The translations under genes and the position numbers were made by a program. From contig NMRA01000295.1 in the NCBI GenBank assembly GCA_002633005.1, positions 184,280-248,279 of the forward strand: 64,000 nucleotides of DNA, read 5' to 3'. The notes below the pieces were generated by a model. The model was not told the DNA's origin. It made no database searches and saw nothing but the letters and a program-made list of their open reading frames with translations. This document shows positions 40,001 through 52,000 of this stretch, piece after piece (position 1 is the first letter of the stretch; every line of letters starts with the position of its first letter). The DNA comes from Phoronis australis. Taxonomy: Eukaryota > Animalia > Phoronida.

Positions 40001-43000
40001 CCCTAAAGCAATGTTTTATATATTTTTGTAAGACCAATTTTGACGTATGCGTGATAAAAGATTAATATTATAATAGAAATCCTATAATATTGTTGTTGAT
40101 TTCCTGTGTAAATCACTACAGTGTGTAGTTGAAGTGACGTTAATGGCAACATGTTGACTACGTTTCGAGAAAATCACAATATAGTATGTGTAGTATAACT
40201 CTCAATCTTTTTCCATGTCGCATTAAACTGGAGATCATGAACTGATGATGCAGGTGAACGTAGGACCAAGACTACAAAACAGAAGAGTCAAACACAACGT
40301 ACATTCAAGCCACACGGCGGGTGCCGCAAGTCAATCTTTTTATCTCTGTATCGATGTTATTAGTAAAACATCAATTAAAATCCAACACGTTTTAGTAGAA
40401 CACAAGTTTACACAACTTCAGGCCAATTTTTAGATCCTTGACGTTTATGAGTGGGAATCTTTGAATCAGCTCGTGAAGTGTTGCCGCACTCCCCTCTCTC
40501 CCCATGGGCAAGCACATCATCATTCTTTGACTTCACTGGCTATTCGTTTTTTTCCTTTTGCTGTCACAATTTTACAAGGAGATTCTATATTCGCTTTCAT
40601 CTTCTGCAACAATTTGTTTACTCCTGGCTGACAGGCCATATGGAACAACTCCTGGGTGAGTCTTAAGTTAAGAACCCCTTGTTCTAAGTGATTTCGTCTA
40701 AGAGTAGATGTCTGTATTTCAAAACCCTGGTCGGGTGTACCTTTATGTCGTGGGTAACATGTTCGTTGAAGCTCGACTCACAATAACAGTGAACTTGTTT
40801 CCTGAAATGAAAATAAATTCGTTTGTGAAACTAAAATTATGTTTGATGTATTGTATGAGTGATCATGGCAATTTAATGGAAATATGCTAATGTATACTGT
40901 TGTTCAGTTTTGATACCAAAGTAACACAGTAATTACCCAAAATGTTATTAAGTCTTTGTACCACACTTATTTTATAACCTTGTTCACGTTTTGTATGTAA
41001 AAAGATCATTACTGTTCGACACACCACGATGCGTTCCCGATCGCATAAACAAACAAATTTGCGTTCCCGATCGCTTATCGTTGCGTTCTCGATCGCATCT
41101 TTCAACAGAAAAGCATCGAAAATAAGAGATCCTAACAAAACTACAAAAAACAAGCGTTGCGTTATATTTTCTCACGTCATTTCTTCGTAACTCTATGGTC
41201 AATTTATTGATTTATTGCCAAAAATAACGGCAATTTGCCAAAATGACATACATATCACCTGAAGTCGGCTCATGCGATGCCTCGGTTAACGTAACTTTTC
41301 TCCTGTAATTGGAAAAGACACTAGCCTAAACCTCTACCTGCCCTTCCTCAATGTGTTACGCCTTGAACTCATGTCTCTGTTTTCACATTGGAAGTAAAAA
41401 CAACGAAAATTTATCAAATTTACTCACCTTGCCTAGCGTCGCTTCTCACGCCAAATTTCGTTCTCGATCGCCTTCCGGGCGTTCTCGATCGCGTGTTGGC
41501 CGGGATGGTTGAGCTTTGACGGCAGGAAGATAATTGTCGGGGAAACTAAAACTGGTGGAGACACTGACCTGTTCGGCTACGAAGATTAACCAAATTTGAA
41601 AGACGGACAACAAAGGCTTAAACAGGAAAACGAGAAAATAGAGGAACTGAGAAATCTGTTACAACTGCTGTCCATTAGGGGCAAATGTTTTAACAAATCC
41701 CCACCCCATCTGTATGGGCAGCGAAAAGGTTCAAAATAGACAACACTGCCAAATAAACAAGTGGTTTGACAAACAGACAAGTGGTTTGCTAAACAGACAA
41801 GTGATTCGTCAAATAAACAGGTCAAGAATGCTATGGTTTTCCAAACAGACAAGACAACTTTGCAGATTCTGTCGGATAAACAAGTGCCTACTGTTGAACG
41901 AACAAGTAAGTTGGCAAATGATTAAGTAGGTTACCAAACAGACAAGTAACCTGGTAGGCTCAACTTGTCGAACAGACAAGTCATTTGTTAAACGAACAAG
42001 ACAAGATACAGATATTTTGAGAATAAGTGTCACAAAATGCTACATAACTTAAACCACAAATTACAAATATCAACTATACTTCTCATGCGCGTTGCCTATG
42101 GTTACATGGTGGTAGTCAGACACAAAAATTAGACAAACAAGAACAAGTGTAAAAAATTGTTACTCGAAGCTTATCGTTGTGTAAACAATCAGTGAAATCT
42201 CTTGAGCACAGTCAGTATAGGGATCCTATTTATGTAATTAAGGTCACATTCAACTATTACTCTTCCAATGAGTGCATGACAAGTTGCGAAAAGTCATGTA
42301 TAACGAGGTAGGTAAACGATCTCAATAAGTACGCTTTGTCGGGGAATTTTTGCCGATTTTGCTCATAACCACGCCATACTCCTCATGACCAGTCCAAACA
42401 CGTAGTACAGGTCCCCACACCGTGTAATAAGTTAGCGCCAGCGTAAAAGAACGAACCAAGTGTGACCCAAATGTGACCTAAAATTGACCCAAAGGCACCC
42501 TCGGTGAATTCTTTCTTGGCCTTTACCTAGGTCAACCGTCTGGGCTGTCTGTGCATGGCATGATAATAAAAATAACACAGAGATTTAGTTTTACTAGTAT
42601 TTAAAATAAGTCTTTTTACTCATTACTGAAGTAAATTGATTAGTTCATGAAGAACAACGTTACCTAGGTAAGCAGTTCCCCTACCTGCTTGGAGTGGCCA
42701 AATGTCTTTCCTTTTCAAAGGGGTCATTGGTCGGTCGGAAAAGTTATCACCTTGCTTGTGTAGAGCCTCTGCCATAATCTCGTTCGAATTAAGAACAACA
42801 GCATACGTCGGTCCAATCTTCAAAGTGAAAATATCGCCATATTTTTGTGTTAACTCGCTAAAAACATCGTCCTCTCGCTTTCCAAAGAACAAGTGAATAT
42901 TCCCAATGACGGGTAAAGGTACAGGGCCGGGCGGCATGTTGTGTGTCTTGTTGGCTGCATTTACGGCTTTGTAAAGAATCACTAGAATGAGCAACAGCAA

Positions 43001-43072
43001 CAGAAATCCTAAACATACTGACAAACTCAGGTGAGGCAGCAGAGCGCTCAGCGCACTTGCAGAGAAACCCAT
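19067..43072 (-). CDS. Cytochrome P450, clan 2-like (CYP2-like), complete; complement join(19067..19263,21535..21756,22450..22674,31503..32033,42685..43072)
   Basis: Five exons with GT/AG boundaries, all phase-1 introns, 1563 nt (520 aa + stop). Motifs: N-terminal TM anchor, [12 protein letters not shown] hinge, WKSNRRF (C-helix), FAAGTETT (I-helix), EVLR (K-helix), PERF, and [11 protein letters not shown] heme-binding loop. An alternative upstream start exists at 43093. Confidence 0.95.
22896..27708 (-). mobile_element. Decayed Ty3/gypsy LTR retrotransposon in CYP intron 2
   Basis: 5' LTR about 27708-27537 (TGTCAT...ATTACA), then PBS-like TGGTGGCAG and gag ATG at 27510 ([22 protein letters not shown]). 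Protease [10 protein letters not shown] ([33 protein letters not shown]), RNase H (WIVTDAA, WFPCEVE, LTDSRP), integrase (H..H, CxxC, FAADV). Order PR-RT-RH-IN. Partial 3' LTR at 22896-22992. Many frameshifts and stops. Confidence 0.92.
28757..29015. repeat. 32-bp minisatellite, about 8 copies, each with CACGTG
   Basis: Unit CAAACACGTGGTTCAAG(T/A)TCGACAACTC(T/C)TTA. Confidence 0.95.
30120..30900. repeat. AT-rich foldback-type element
   Basis: Repeated GAAAGTAAAAC motifs (30170-30410) mirrored by GTTTTACTTT motifs (30700-30760) around a short unique core. Confidence 0.5.
33899..35528 (-). mobile_element. IS3EU-like DNA transposon remnant
   Basis: TIRs TGACA..CGCGTTTCTTTTTTA.T..TCTCAG with AATTATCTCGAGATC subterminal repeats at about 33901-33980 and 35465-35526. 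Minus strand 34345-33990 reads [19 protein letters not shown] / [11 protein letters not shown]...GLARR...SDIDDV...QYGYRLMH...[28 protein letters not shown], the N-terminal pattern of eukaryotic IS3-like transposases. Confidence 0.7.
36686..36852. repeat. About 41-bp tandem repeat, 4 copies, at the end of a dispersed repeat
   Basis: Unit GTATCACTTCATCTACGCCACTCTCGCTACGTTTTCTGTAT. Confidence 0.85.
37419..37570. repeat. 23-bp minisatellite, about 6.5 copies
   Basis: Unit GAGCCAACTGTACGGACTCGCCT. Confidence 0.92.
38632..41504. mobile_element. TIR DNA transposon (CMC/EnSpm-like termini) carrying a C2H2 zinc-finger remnant
   Basis: About 45-bp TIR CGGCCAACACGCGATCGA(A/G)AACGCCCG(T/G)AAGGCGATCGAGAACGA at 38634-38678, inverted at 41458-41502; subterminal GCGATCG repeats at 38885-38950 and 41030-41098. 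Confidence 0.75.
39398..39554 (+). pseudogene. Two tandem C2H2 zinc fingers, frameshifted
   Basis: [18 protein letters not shown] / [31 protein letters not shown] with one frameshift near 39460. Confidence 0.65.
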
Positions 43073-46000
43073 GGCTGCTTGAAGACACAACATGCAACAA
43101 AGGTCGAAATACTACGTCACGTAGTGACGTATCAATGACATACCGGGGTATGTTGAATTGGTAGGCAGTGCTCAGTGCAACAAGATTCATGATTGTGCCA
43201 AACAAAGCGTCTATTACACACTTAGAACAATTTTTAAATAAAACGTCAGATGACAGAATGGCTCAAAACAAATTTCACAATGAATAATTTACTATGCTGG
43301 CATTAGTAAGACTTATACGAAATATTGCCGCACTGGCTCCTTGTGAGCCACTCCAAAGTTTAAGAGTGACTTCATATAAAAACCAACAGGTAGAGTCTTT
43401 ACCAAAAATCAGAGATTTTTTGAGACTTAGCACATTCGTTTGGTTTGGTGAGATGTAGAAAAATCTCGCTTTATAAGAATTTCCAGCCATTATTAGTTTG
43501 CCAAAGTTCGCGCAGAGTTTTGCTGTTCCACGTATTTTATTTCTCTTGTTATGACTAGTACTTCCATTTTGCAACGAAATTGGGCACCAAAGTAGACATA
43601 TTTGCATGCATTTTGCTAGTATGTATAGCTAGCTGAAGACAAATGAGTGGTACGGTTGGAAAGGACTATGATTGAATAAATTTAATGGCAACTCCAAAGT
43701 TTATTTTTTCTATGGCATAGGGGGGCACACTACAGTTACAACAGGGTTTTGGCTGCCGACACAAACCCAAGTGGAGACGAGTCCTTATCTCACGTCCTTA
43801 TCGAGAGTCTGAAAAAACAAAAGGTTTTTTGGCGTTCCCAACTCAAAAGTACTACTCATGATAACTGAAACTTAATTCTGCTACAGATTTTTAATCGGCA
43901 AATTCACATGGGGAAAAATACCGGCACACAAAAATAGGACCAAAAACATCAAAATTTGACAGTTCTCTCCCCAAATTTACTACTTCCCTGCAAGTGCTAG
44001 AAAACATCTAAATGCCCTGTGGCTACAGTGCCACCTAGGCGTAGGAAGTGAGTCGGCAACGGGGTGAGCGTTAACTATCGTGAAGTGAGAGGGGCAGGAC
44101 ACCATTAACCAGGGACGTAGTCCGAATAGGAAGTAGGTTACGAGGGCGACAACATGACGGCGACCGGCATAAGCGCAGGGCAGGCAAATGGGTGGGACTC
44201 GATTATCTTTGGGGGAGGGGGGAAGTTTCCAGAACATTCATGTTAGTGACATACATTTAAAAAAGCAGGAATCGTCTACACTCACGCCTACTTGTTACGT
44301 AGAGATTTTCCAGGCAGAGAAAATTGATTCAGGTTTCTCAATCCGAGAAAACAATTTTTAGGGAAAGCAAGGCTGAATTTCGCCAGGAATTCCACTCTTG
44401 CAAGAATGGAATCATTTGTCAGTGTTTTCCCGTTTTTTTTCAAAATTGTCGTTTCATTTGATAAAAATCCCACCTCTTGGCCCACCGACTTAGCATCCGT
44501 GGTACCCATTTATCATTTTTCTAAAGAACAACTCATGGAGGGGCCACCCGATAATGGAATCAGTTTCTTATTTTTTCCTGTTTTTGTGTATTTGAGCAGC
44601 ATGCCATATATATATACTATACAGATCCGGGGCATTTTTATATATGAGACCTTTGCTGTGGGGTTGCAAAAAATTGTGGGGTATATATAATGCCCCACAA
44701 TTTCAGACCTATCACAAACTGTTATTTGATATGTACAGTGCCTACACGTGTATTCTCTCAACAACTTGGTTTCATCACAACATCCTATATATAACTCTGT
44801 ACAGTCTCTCCCAAAAGATGTCACTGTTATTATGAGTGCCCTGCTGCAGAGTGCCATATGTGACCTACATTGGTATACTGTTATGTAATGACCATTAAGT
44901 TACTTGACCTTCCACTGAAACAAGTGTCTGAGTTTTTGATTTTAGTGTTAATAGAGTTGGGGTTGAACATCCGTTTTACAGTTTGAGTTGAGGCAAGTTT
45001 TACTTCGTTTTATCTGAAACAAGAATCTTTGTGTGGAAGATGGTACATCGGAGATCTAAGTGTATGTTACATCCGAGATTTAAGTCTATGGTAAGTCTTT
45101 CAAATTCCTTAATATTTTGATTTTTAAAGTAATAGCAAATTCATGTACCAGAGTGGTGATCATGGGAATGGCTAACATGCTTTTAATAGAGTCCTAGGAA
45201 CTATTTCTAATGCAGAAGATGCGGCCTTATACGGGCATCTGTCCATCCTAAAAATATTTCAAAATCTAACCGCCCCCATAGTATTATGAGCTGAATAATT
45301 CCTTTTACTTTAAAAACTCCCGAGAGTTGTAGATTTCTATGCTTTATATCTCTGAGAAGAATTGAACTTCGTAAGATTTTCCAGATTAACTGCGAAATGG
45401 TGCCTTTTCTGAGAGAATTGCTTACAAATGGATGTCCTTTCAGTACCGATTTTCCCGAGAAAAACGTACATTTTGTGGACTGGAACGCTACAAAAGTCCC
45501 TCTAAGATGGAATCCCTTGATCAAATAAATAAGCAATATACTACAAATTCTAACAAGAGGCAAATACTGGAAAAGCACATTACATACTAGCATTTACACT
45601 AAAACATCGTCAGGCATTGAGTAAAATCTTTCATAAAACTTTCGCAGTTTGGTCCGGTTCAGTCCTAAATGTCAACCAAACACTTTTGCTTAAAAAATAT
45701 TTTACACTTCAAACAAGCCTGGAAAATTAGTGACTAAAGGTATTGATATGCTGTGTTGTTTGCCTGTTCTTTAAATGTGAGTTTTTACTTAATGTAGCAA
45801 GAAACAGTGATTCGTACATGTTTTGACATTAATTCAATGTGAGTGATCTGGTATCAACTTCTTTTTCAACTCTTAAATGAGCCCTTGGAAATCAGTGACT
45901 GAAAACCAAATCTCAAACTTGAAATGGGAAAATCTAAGGTAAAATAATTTTCTGAAGTTATTTTGTCTAAGTTGCCAGAATATACAGGTTCTCAAATCTT

Positions 46001-49000
46001 TACTAACCAAGTGCCTAGAATGTGTATTCACTAAACATATTTTCTGTTGTTATTAAAAGGAGGGCACATACACCAGACCAGACGTTGTGAAAAAATACTT
46101 AAAAATATCTTTGAATTCTCTTAGTAACTTTGATGTCTGCTTAAATAACTCAACAAGGGATGGAGTGGTCCAAAGGGTCTGTGGGTCGATTGGTCAATAG
46201 TCTGACAGTGCTGTAGTGGGGCTTAGGTACATGTAGGCGCAGCCAACTACCTTTTTGCTGTTTAACATAGCCCCTACACATCGGGAGTTACGGTATACGT
46301 TTAGCGTAGTTGCAGCCAACCACCTTTCTACGTTTTATCGTAGCAACCACCTTTTTACTGTACGTTTTATCGTAGCAACCACCTTTTTAATTTAACGTAC
46401 ATGTAGCGTCTACGACCCGTAAGTGACGGTATAGTGGGGCGTAGTCTCAATACGATAACTTATGCCATCAATGCGCTACGCCGATGACATTGATGAACAT
46501 TTCGGCGCGCGCAACCACCAGGCATACATGTATGCTCGCCGAGTAATGGAATGTTTATTAATATTTCAAGATAAAGAAATAGTAATGGTGTCACGTCCAT
46601 AGGTGAATAAAGGGGGGGAGTGGCGAAGGGCCCTGAGGACACACCCCACGGGAGACTGAAAGTCGCTGCCAGCATATCGTTTCTTGGNNNNNNNNNNNNN
46701 NNNNNNNNNNNNNNNNNNNNNNNNNNNNNNNNNNNNNNNNNNNNNNNNNNNNNNNNNNNNNNNNNNNNNNNNNNNNNNNNGATCCGCCACTGCAGACTCT
46801 ATGTAAATACCTACTCATGAGTCAAAATATATGCCTACATGTTTGTGAGTCAGGTTTTGCGAGTTCAATGCACTTTTAAAATTCAACGCTCAAAGCGACA
46901 CGAATGACTTTGGGTGCCTACTTACCTCTTACTTTATCACTACGACACTGTAAAATTAAGGGGAATTTTATCTGTCGGTTGTTTTTCATTGAATAACCAC
47001 AATTTCACGAAAGAGAGCTTTGCCTGCTTAACAGAGTTCTACGGAATTTTGAAAGATGGAGAAAATGGTGTAAAATTAATTGAAATCCTGAAGACAGTTA
47101 ACTCTGTAGATTACTGAATGATTTAAAAAACTATTAACAAGTTTTCTATTTCGACTATTCACTCTTAAGGCTATAGAACCTATTGTTTTCGGACTAAAGG
47201 CCCTTTTTTAATTGCAGGCGGTCTGATACACCTTGTACCAGACGTGCGCAGGCCTCGCATGTGGGCCCATTGCACTGATCACCTGGATATATTTTTATGC
47301 TTTATTGATATATGGCCCTTTGGACTATAGACAGATTTTCATTTCTATTGACAGTTTTGATTTTTTCCAGATGAGAATGTTGTCACTCCTTTTAGTTCAA
47401 GTGACAATGGCACAGATGAAGATAGAATTTGGTTCTTGTTTTCTCAGAGTAGGGAAACATGCAACTTCATATGGGTGAGTTAAGAAGGATGTGTGAGTGA
47501 GTTTCACATAAATGAAGCATTATGGGAAAGATGCATATACATTTTCGCAGATTCTACACATTTCTGTAAGGTTTCCGCCATTTTATTTTTTTTAACTCGT
47601 GAGTGCGAGGTCATAATTAATGGCTACTTTGACTTAATTCTTTCATAAGGTAACTATAGAGTCATTTTGATCCTTATTCCATAAGCATAGAGCCTCTTTT
47701 TCAGACATACATCAACTAGAGTTGTAAAACATTGCACATTTCGTTATTTGCAACAGTTTCCTTCCCAACATATTTATTGTTAACTAGGTGAACCATTTAA
47801 TGTAGCAGAATAACTTAAAGACTTTCAAACTCATGTTAATGGAAATTTAGACGTCGTCAGCTTTAAGTAAGCTAAACAAATGAATGCAAATGTAGAGGTG
47901 CAGGATAGATCACTGCATTAATAATTTGTTTCAGATAAAGAAGTGATTGATGCCGTTTTCGTCAGGTGTTCAGTTCTGCTAAAATAATCAAGAATATTCT
48001 GATAGATCGTCTGAAAGGTATGACATGTAATTAAAATTACTTGTTTCTCAAATTTCATCACACAATATCTGTGTAAATTCAAAATTTATTTCTTGCTGAA
48101 GTCAAACATATGGTAATACCTTTTCAGTTATTGTTTCTTTATTATTTTGTGATGTGTATACAAAATGTGCTGAGATGGGGTTGGTCGATCCTGTATTCTG
48201 AAGGACCTTTGATAGTCTCTAGTGCAAAGGAACTTTAGTTCGAAGGACTGTCAGTCTGAAAGTGATCTGGGTGATGACATTACAACAGAGTTTATAGAAG
48301 ACTGCTGTTTTTGTACATTTAAGTTACACAGTTAAGAATTATTATGAATGCAAATGATAACGACTTTGTCTTGAGGATGCACGTCTCTTTCGTCATTTTA
48401 TCTAGTCATCCTAGCCCTGCCACCCACCATTCATGGTCATGGCAATGTGGTTACCTGGCACTCTTTCATGCTTGCTAATCAGACTTATTGCAAGATGTAA
48501 TGCTCAGTGGGCCAATCAGACCAATGGCCCTTCCGCCCAAAGACACTTCAGAAAATCAAAAGGAAGGCATACTCGGTTTTGACTTATCACCAAATACAAA
48601 AACATCTTTACTATCCAGGAACAAAATAACGGCCTGTAACTCTCGACAACTCTGAAAAGTTCGNNNNNNNNNNNNNNNNNNNNNNNNNNNNNNNNNNNNN
48701 NNNNNNNNNNNNNNNNNNNNNNNNNNNNNNNNNNNNNNNNNNNNNNNNNNNNNNNNNNNNNNNNNNNNNNNNNNNNNNNNNNNNNNNNNNNNNNNNNNNN
48801 NNNNNNNNNNNNNNNNNNNNNNNNNNNNNNNNNNNNNNNNNNNNNNNNNNNNNNNNNNNNNNNNNNNNNNNNNNNNNNNNNNNNNNNNNNNNNNNNNNNN
48901 NNNNNNNNNNNNNNNNNNNNNNNNNNNNNNNNNNNNNNNNNNNNNNNNNNNNNNNNNNNNNNNNNNNNNNNNNNNNNNNNNNNNNNNNNNNNNNNNNNNN

Positions 49001-52000
49001 NNNNNNNNNNNNNNNNNNNNNNNNNNNNNNNNNNNNNNNNNNNNNATAACGACTTTGTCTTGAGGATGCACGTCTCTTTCGTCATTTTATCTAGTCATCC
49101 TAGCCCTGCCACCCACCATTCATGGTCATGGCAATGTGGTTACCTGGCACTCTTTCATGCTTGCTAATCAGACTTATTGCAAGATGTAATGCTCAGTGGG
49201 CCAATCAGACCAATGGCCCTTCCGCCCAAAGACACTTCAGAAAATCAAAAGGAAGGCATACTCGGTTTTGACTTATCACCAAATACAAAAACATCTTTAC
49301 TATCCAGGAACAAAATAACGGCCTGTAACTCTCGACAACTCTGAAAAGTTCGGAAAATTTTGAAACCCTTGAAAGTCAGCTAAACGGCCAAGCGCGACTA
49401 CGCTTTAGAGTTTCATGGTAACTGTGTGAAAAGACCACCCACCAAGGACCAAAAGGCGAGATAGGGGTGCGAGTTTTTAGCAATTCCAGCTCTTTCAAGA
49501 TTGATGCCAATGATGCATGAGCAAATGACAGGAGCAGGGTTTGTTGAATTCATCAAAACATGGTTTAGTTTCCTTTTTAAGTGAAGTCAAATTTTCACAA
49601 ACAAAGCTCAATTTTTTCAGGTTAACACTCTTTAGAATAAAGGTCCTTTGGTCTTGAGACCAAAAACCTATAAAAAGGCCACTGCTCCTAAAACGTCTTT
49701 CCTACTAACTCCCCTTTGTACTATCGACCTGCAGGGATGCTAAAGGGGACACACCTAACAGATCTGAACTACGCAGAAATCACAAAAGTATTGTTATAAC
49801 TGTCAATGTTATATTATTGTTTGTGTAAAATAGTGTATTTTAGTAAGAATGTAGGATCCACGTCTATGGTCTGAAGCTCCAGTGTTAGCTCCAATCCTTA
49901 GTGCAACAACAAAAAAATGGTAGCTCTAATGTGCAAACCTCAAAGCTAAATTCATGCTCCAGTGGTGACAAATATTCACCATATGAACAAGACATACGCG
50001 TAAAGTATAACTAAAGATTCCATAACTAAATATATATCTCACAGGAATGATAGCTTTTGTTATGTGTGCAAGGATACCTGCCAAATGATTACAGTTCTAC
50101 TCTAATTAAATTGTGAAAAGTGTAAAAAATGAAACTAAGTAGATACCTGTCAGGACAAAGTTTAATAAAATATACAAAAATGCCTGTAATACCCTGAAAT
50201 TAAGTCTTGGACACTGTAACAAAAGCTGTTTTATGAGAGCTTTCACAATGCATTTATTATGGAAAAGAACATCCTGCCCAATCTTCAAACCTTTATCATA
50301 GGAAAATGTATGTTTAAAAACTTCAATTTTATTTTCAGGCGATACATTGAATTAATGTCAACAAGAGTATGAAGTTTGGAAACTTTTAAGATAAAGGAAA
50401 AATTTCCAAACTATGCAATGATGCTGAGAGTGATGATGACAATACGACAGTTTCCATCGCGGTGGGAAAATAGTCATTGGGATCTGTTTGTGATGCTCCA
50501 ATTGATGATAGCAGGACATTTGATAATGGCGTAGCGAAGTTACCAGGGTCTGCCCTTACTAATGATAGTGACAATGAATATTTTAATTATGTTTTTGTGT
50601 CTGCCACCTTCGTTCCTTAGGGTCTTCATCATCACCATCATCACTTCAACTACAGTCTTTCAGAACCTGAGTTTTGTTAATTAGACAATACAGGCAAATG
50701 GCATTGCAGTTTTTGCAGTTAAACATCTTTAAAAATAACTGCTTTCATATATTGAGAATTGTAGTCACTATGCATGAGAGATTTTGTATGAAGAAAGCAA
50801 ACACCAATTAATCTAAAACTGTCAAATTTTCTTTAATTACATTTTTAGTGGTAATTGTTACTAAGATGGTTGGATTTTAAAATTGTGGTGACTGGAAGTC
50901 TGCTAAGATGTGCAGGATGAAACTGTTTGTACATGCATATCACAAGCATTGTTCCTATGGATGTATATGTATCCTCTATATTTGGTGCCCATCACTTGAT
51001 TTTAAAGATAATTATGGTATTCATAGTTCACTATGTGCAAGATCAATAAATGATTAAACGTTCATCTATGAGACTTTTGTTTGCGAATTAAGCAAGAATG
51101 TCATTCAAAATGGTGCCAACGTATTTGAAGACTAGAAGAGTATTTTTATCAAAGGTATCAACTTACACCGTAGAGCCTGACACAGATACATGTAGTGTCA
51201 TCTGCTCACGTTTCCGAATAATAAACAGATAAAAGCATCATACATTTCTAAGTTCGAAAGTGGTAAAATCTGTTGTGGACGCATACAGGTTATTAAAGTG
51301 GTCTTTNNNNNNNNNNNNNNNNNNNNNNNNNNNNNNNNNNNNNNNNNNNNNNNNNNNNNNNNNNNNNNNNNNNNNNNNNNNNNNNNNNNNNNNNNNNNNN
51401 NNNNNNNNNNNNNNNNNNNNNNNNNNNNNNNNNNNNNNNNNNNNNNNNNNNNNNNNNNNNNNNNNNNNNNNNNNNNNNNNNNNNNNNNNNNNNNNNNNNN
51501 NNNNNNNNNNNNNNNNNNNNNNNNNNNNNNNNNNNNNNNNNNNNNNNNNNNNNNNNNNNNNNNNNNNNNNNNNNNNNNNNNNNNNNNNNNNNNNNNNNNN
51601 NNNNNNNNNNNNNNNNNNNNNNNNNNNNNNNNNNNNNNNNNNNNNNNNNNNNNNNNNNNNNNNNNNNNNNNNNNNNNNNNNNNNNNNNNNNNNNNNNNNN
51701 NNNNNNNNNNNNNNNNNNNNNNNNNNNNNNNNNNNNNNNNNNNNNNNNNNNNNNNNNNNNNNNNNNNNNNNNNNNNNNNNNNNNNNNNNNNNNNNNNNNN
51801 NNNNNNNNNNNNNNNNNNNNNNNNNNNNNNNNNNNNNNNNNNNNNNNNNNNNNNNNNNNNNNNNNNNNNNNNNNNNNNNNNNNNNNNNNNNNNNNNNNNN
51901 NNNNNNNNNNNNNNNNNNNNNNNNNNNNNNNNNNNNNNNNNNNNNNNNNNNNNNNNNNNNNNNNNNNNNNNNNNNNNNNNNNNNNNNNNNNNNNNNNNNN

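Noticed and set aside
41740-42010. Imperfect AAACAGACAAGT repeats
   Set aside because: Low-complexity subterminal-type repeats with no defined boundaries or coding signal.
19067-43093. Several separate P450 genes suggested by isolated ORFs
   Set aside because: The fragments are non-overlapping parts of one protein and splice in frame into a single gene.
48356-49352. About 307-bp identical direct repeat (48356-48663 and 49046-49352)
   Set aside because: The copies look identical and directly flank an N gap, so this is most likely unmerged contig overlap rather than LTRs or a true duplication.
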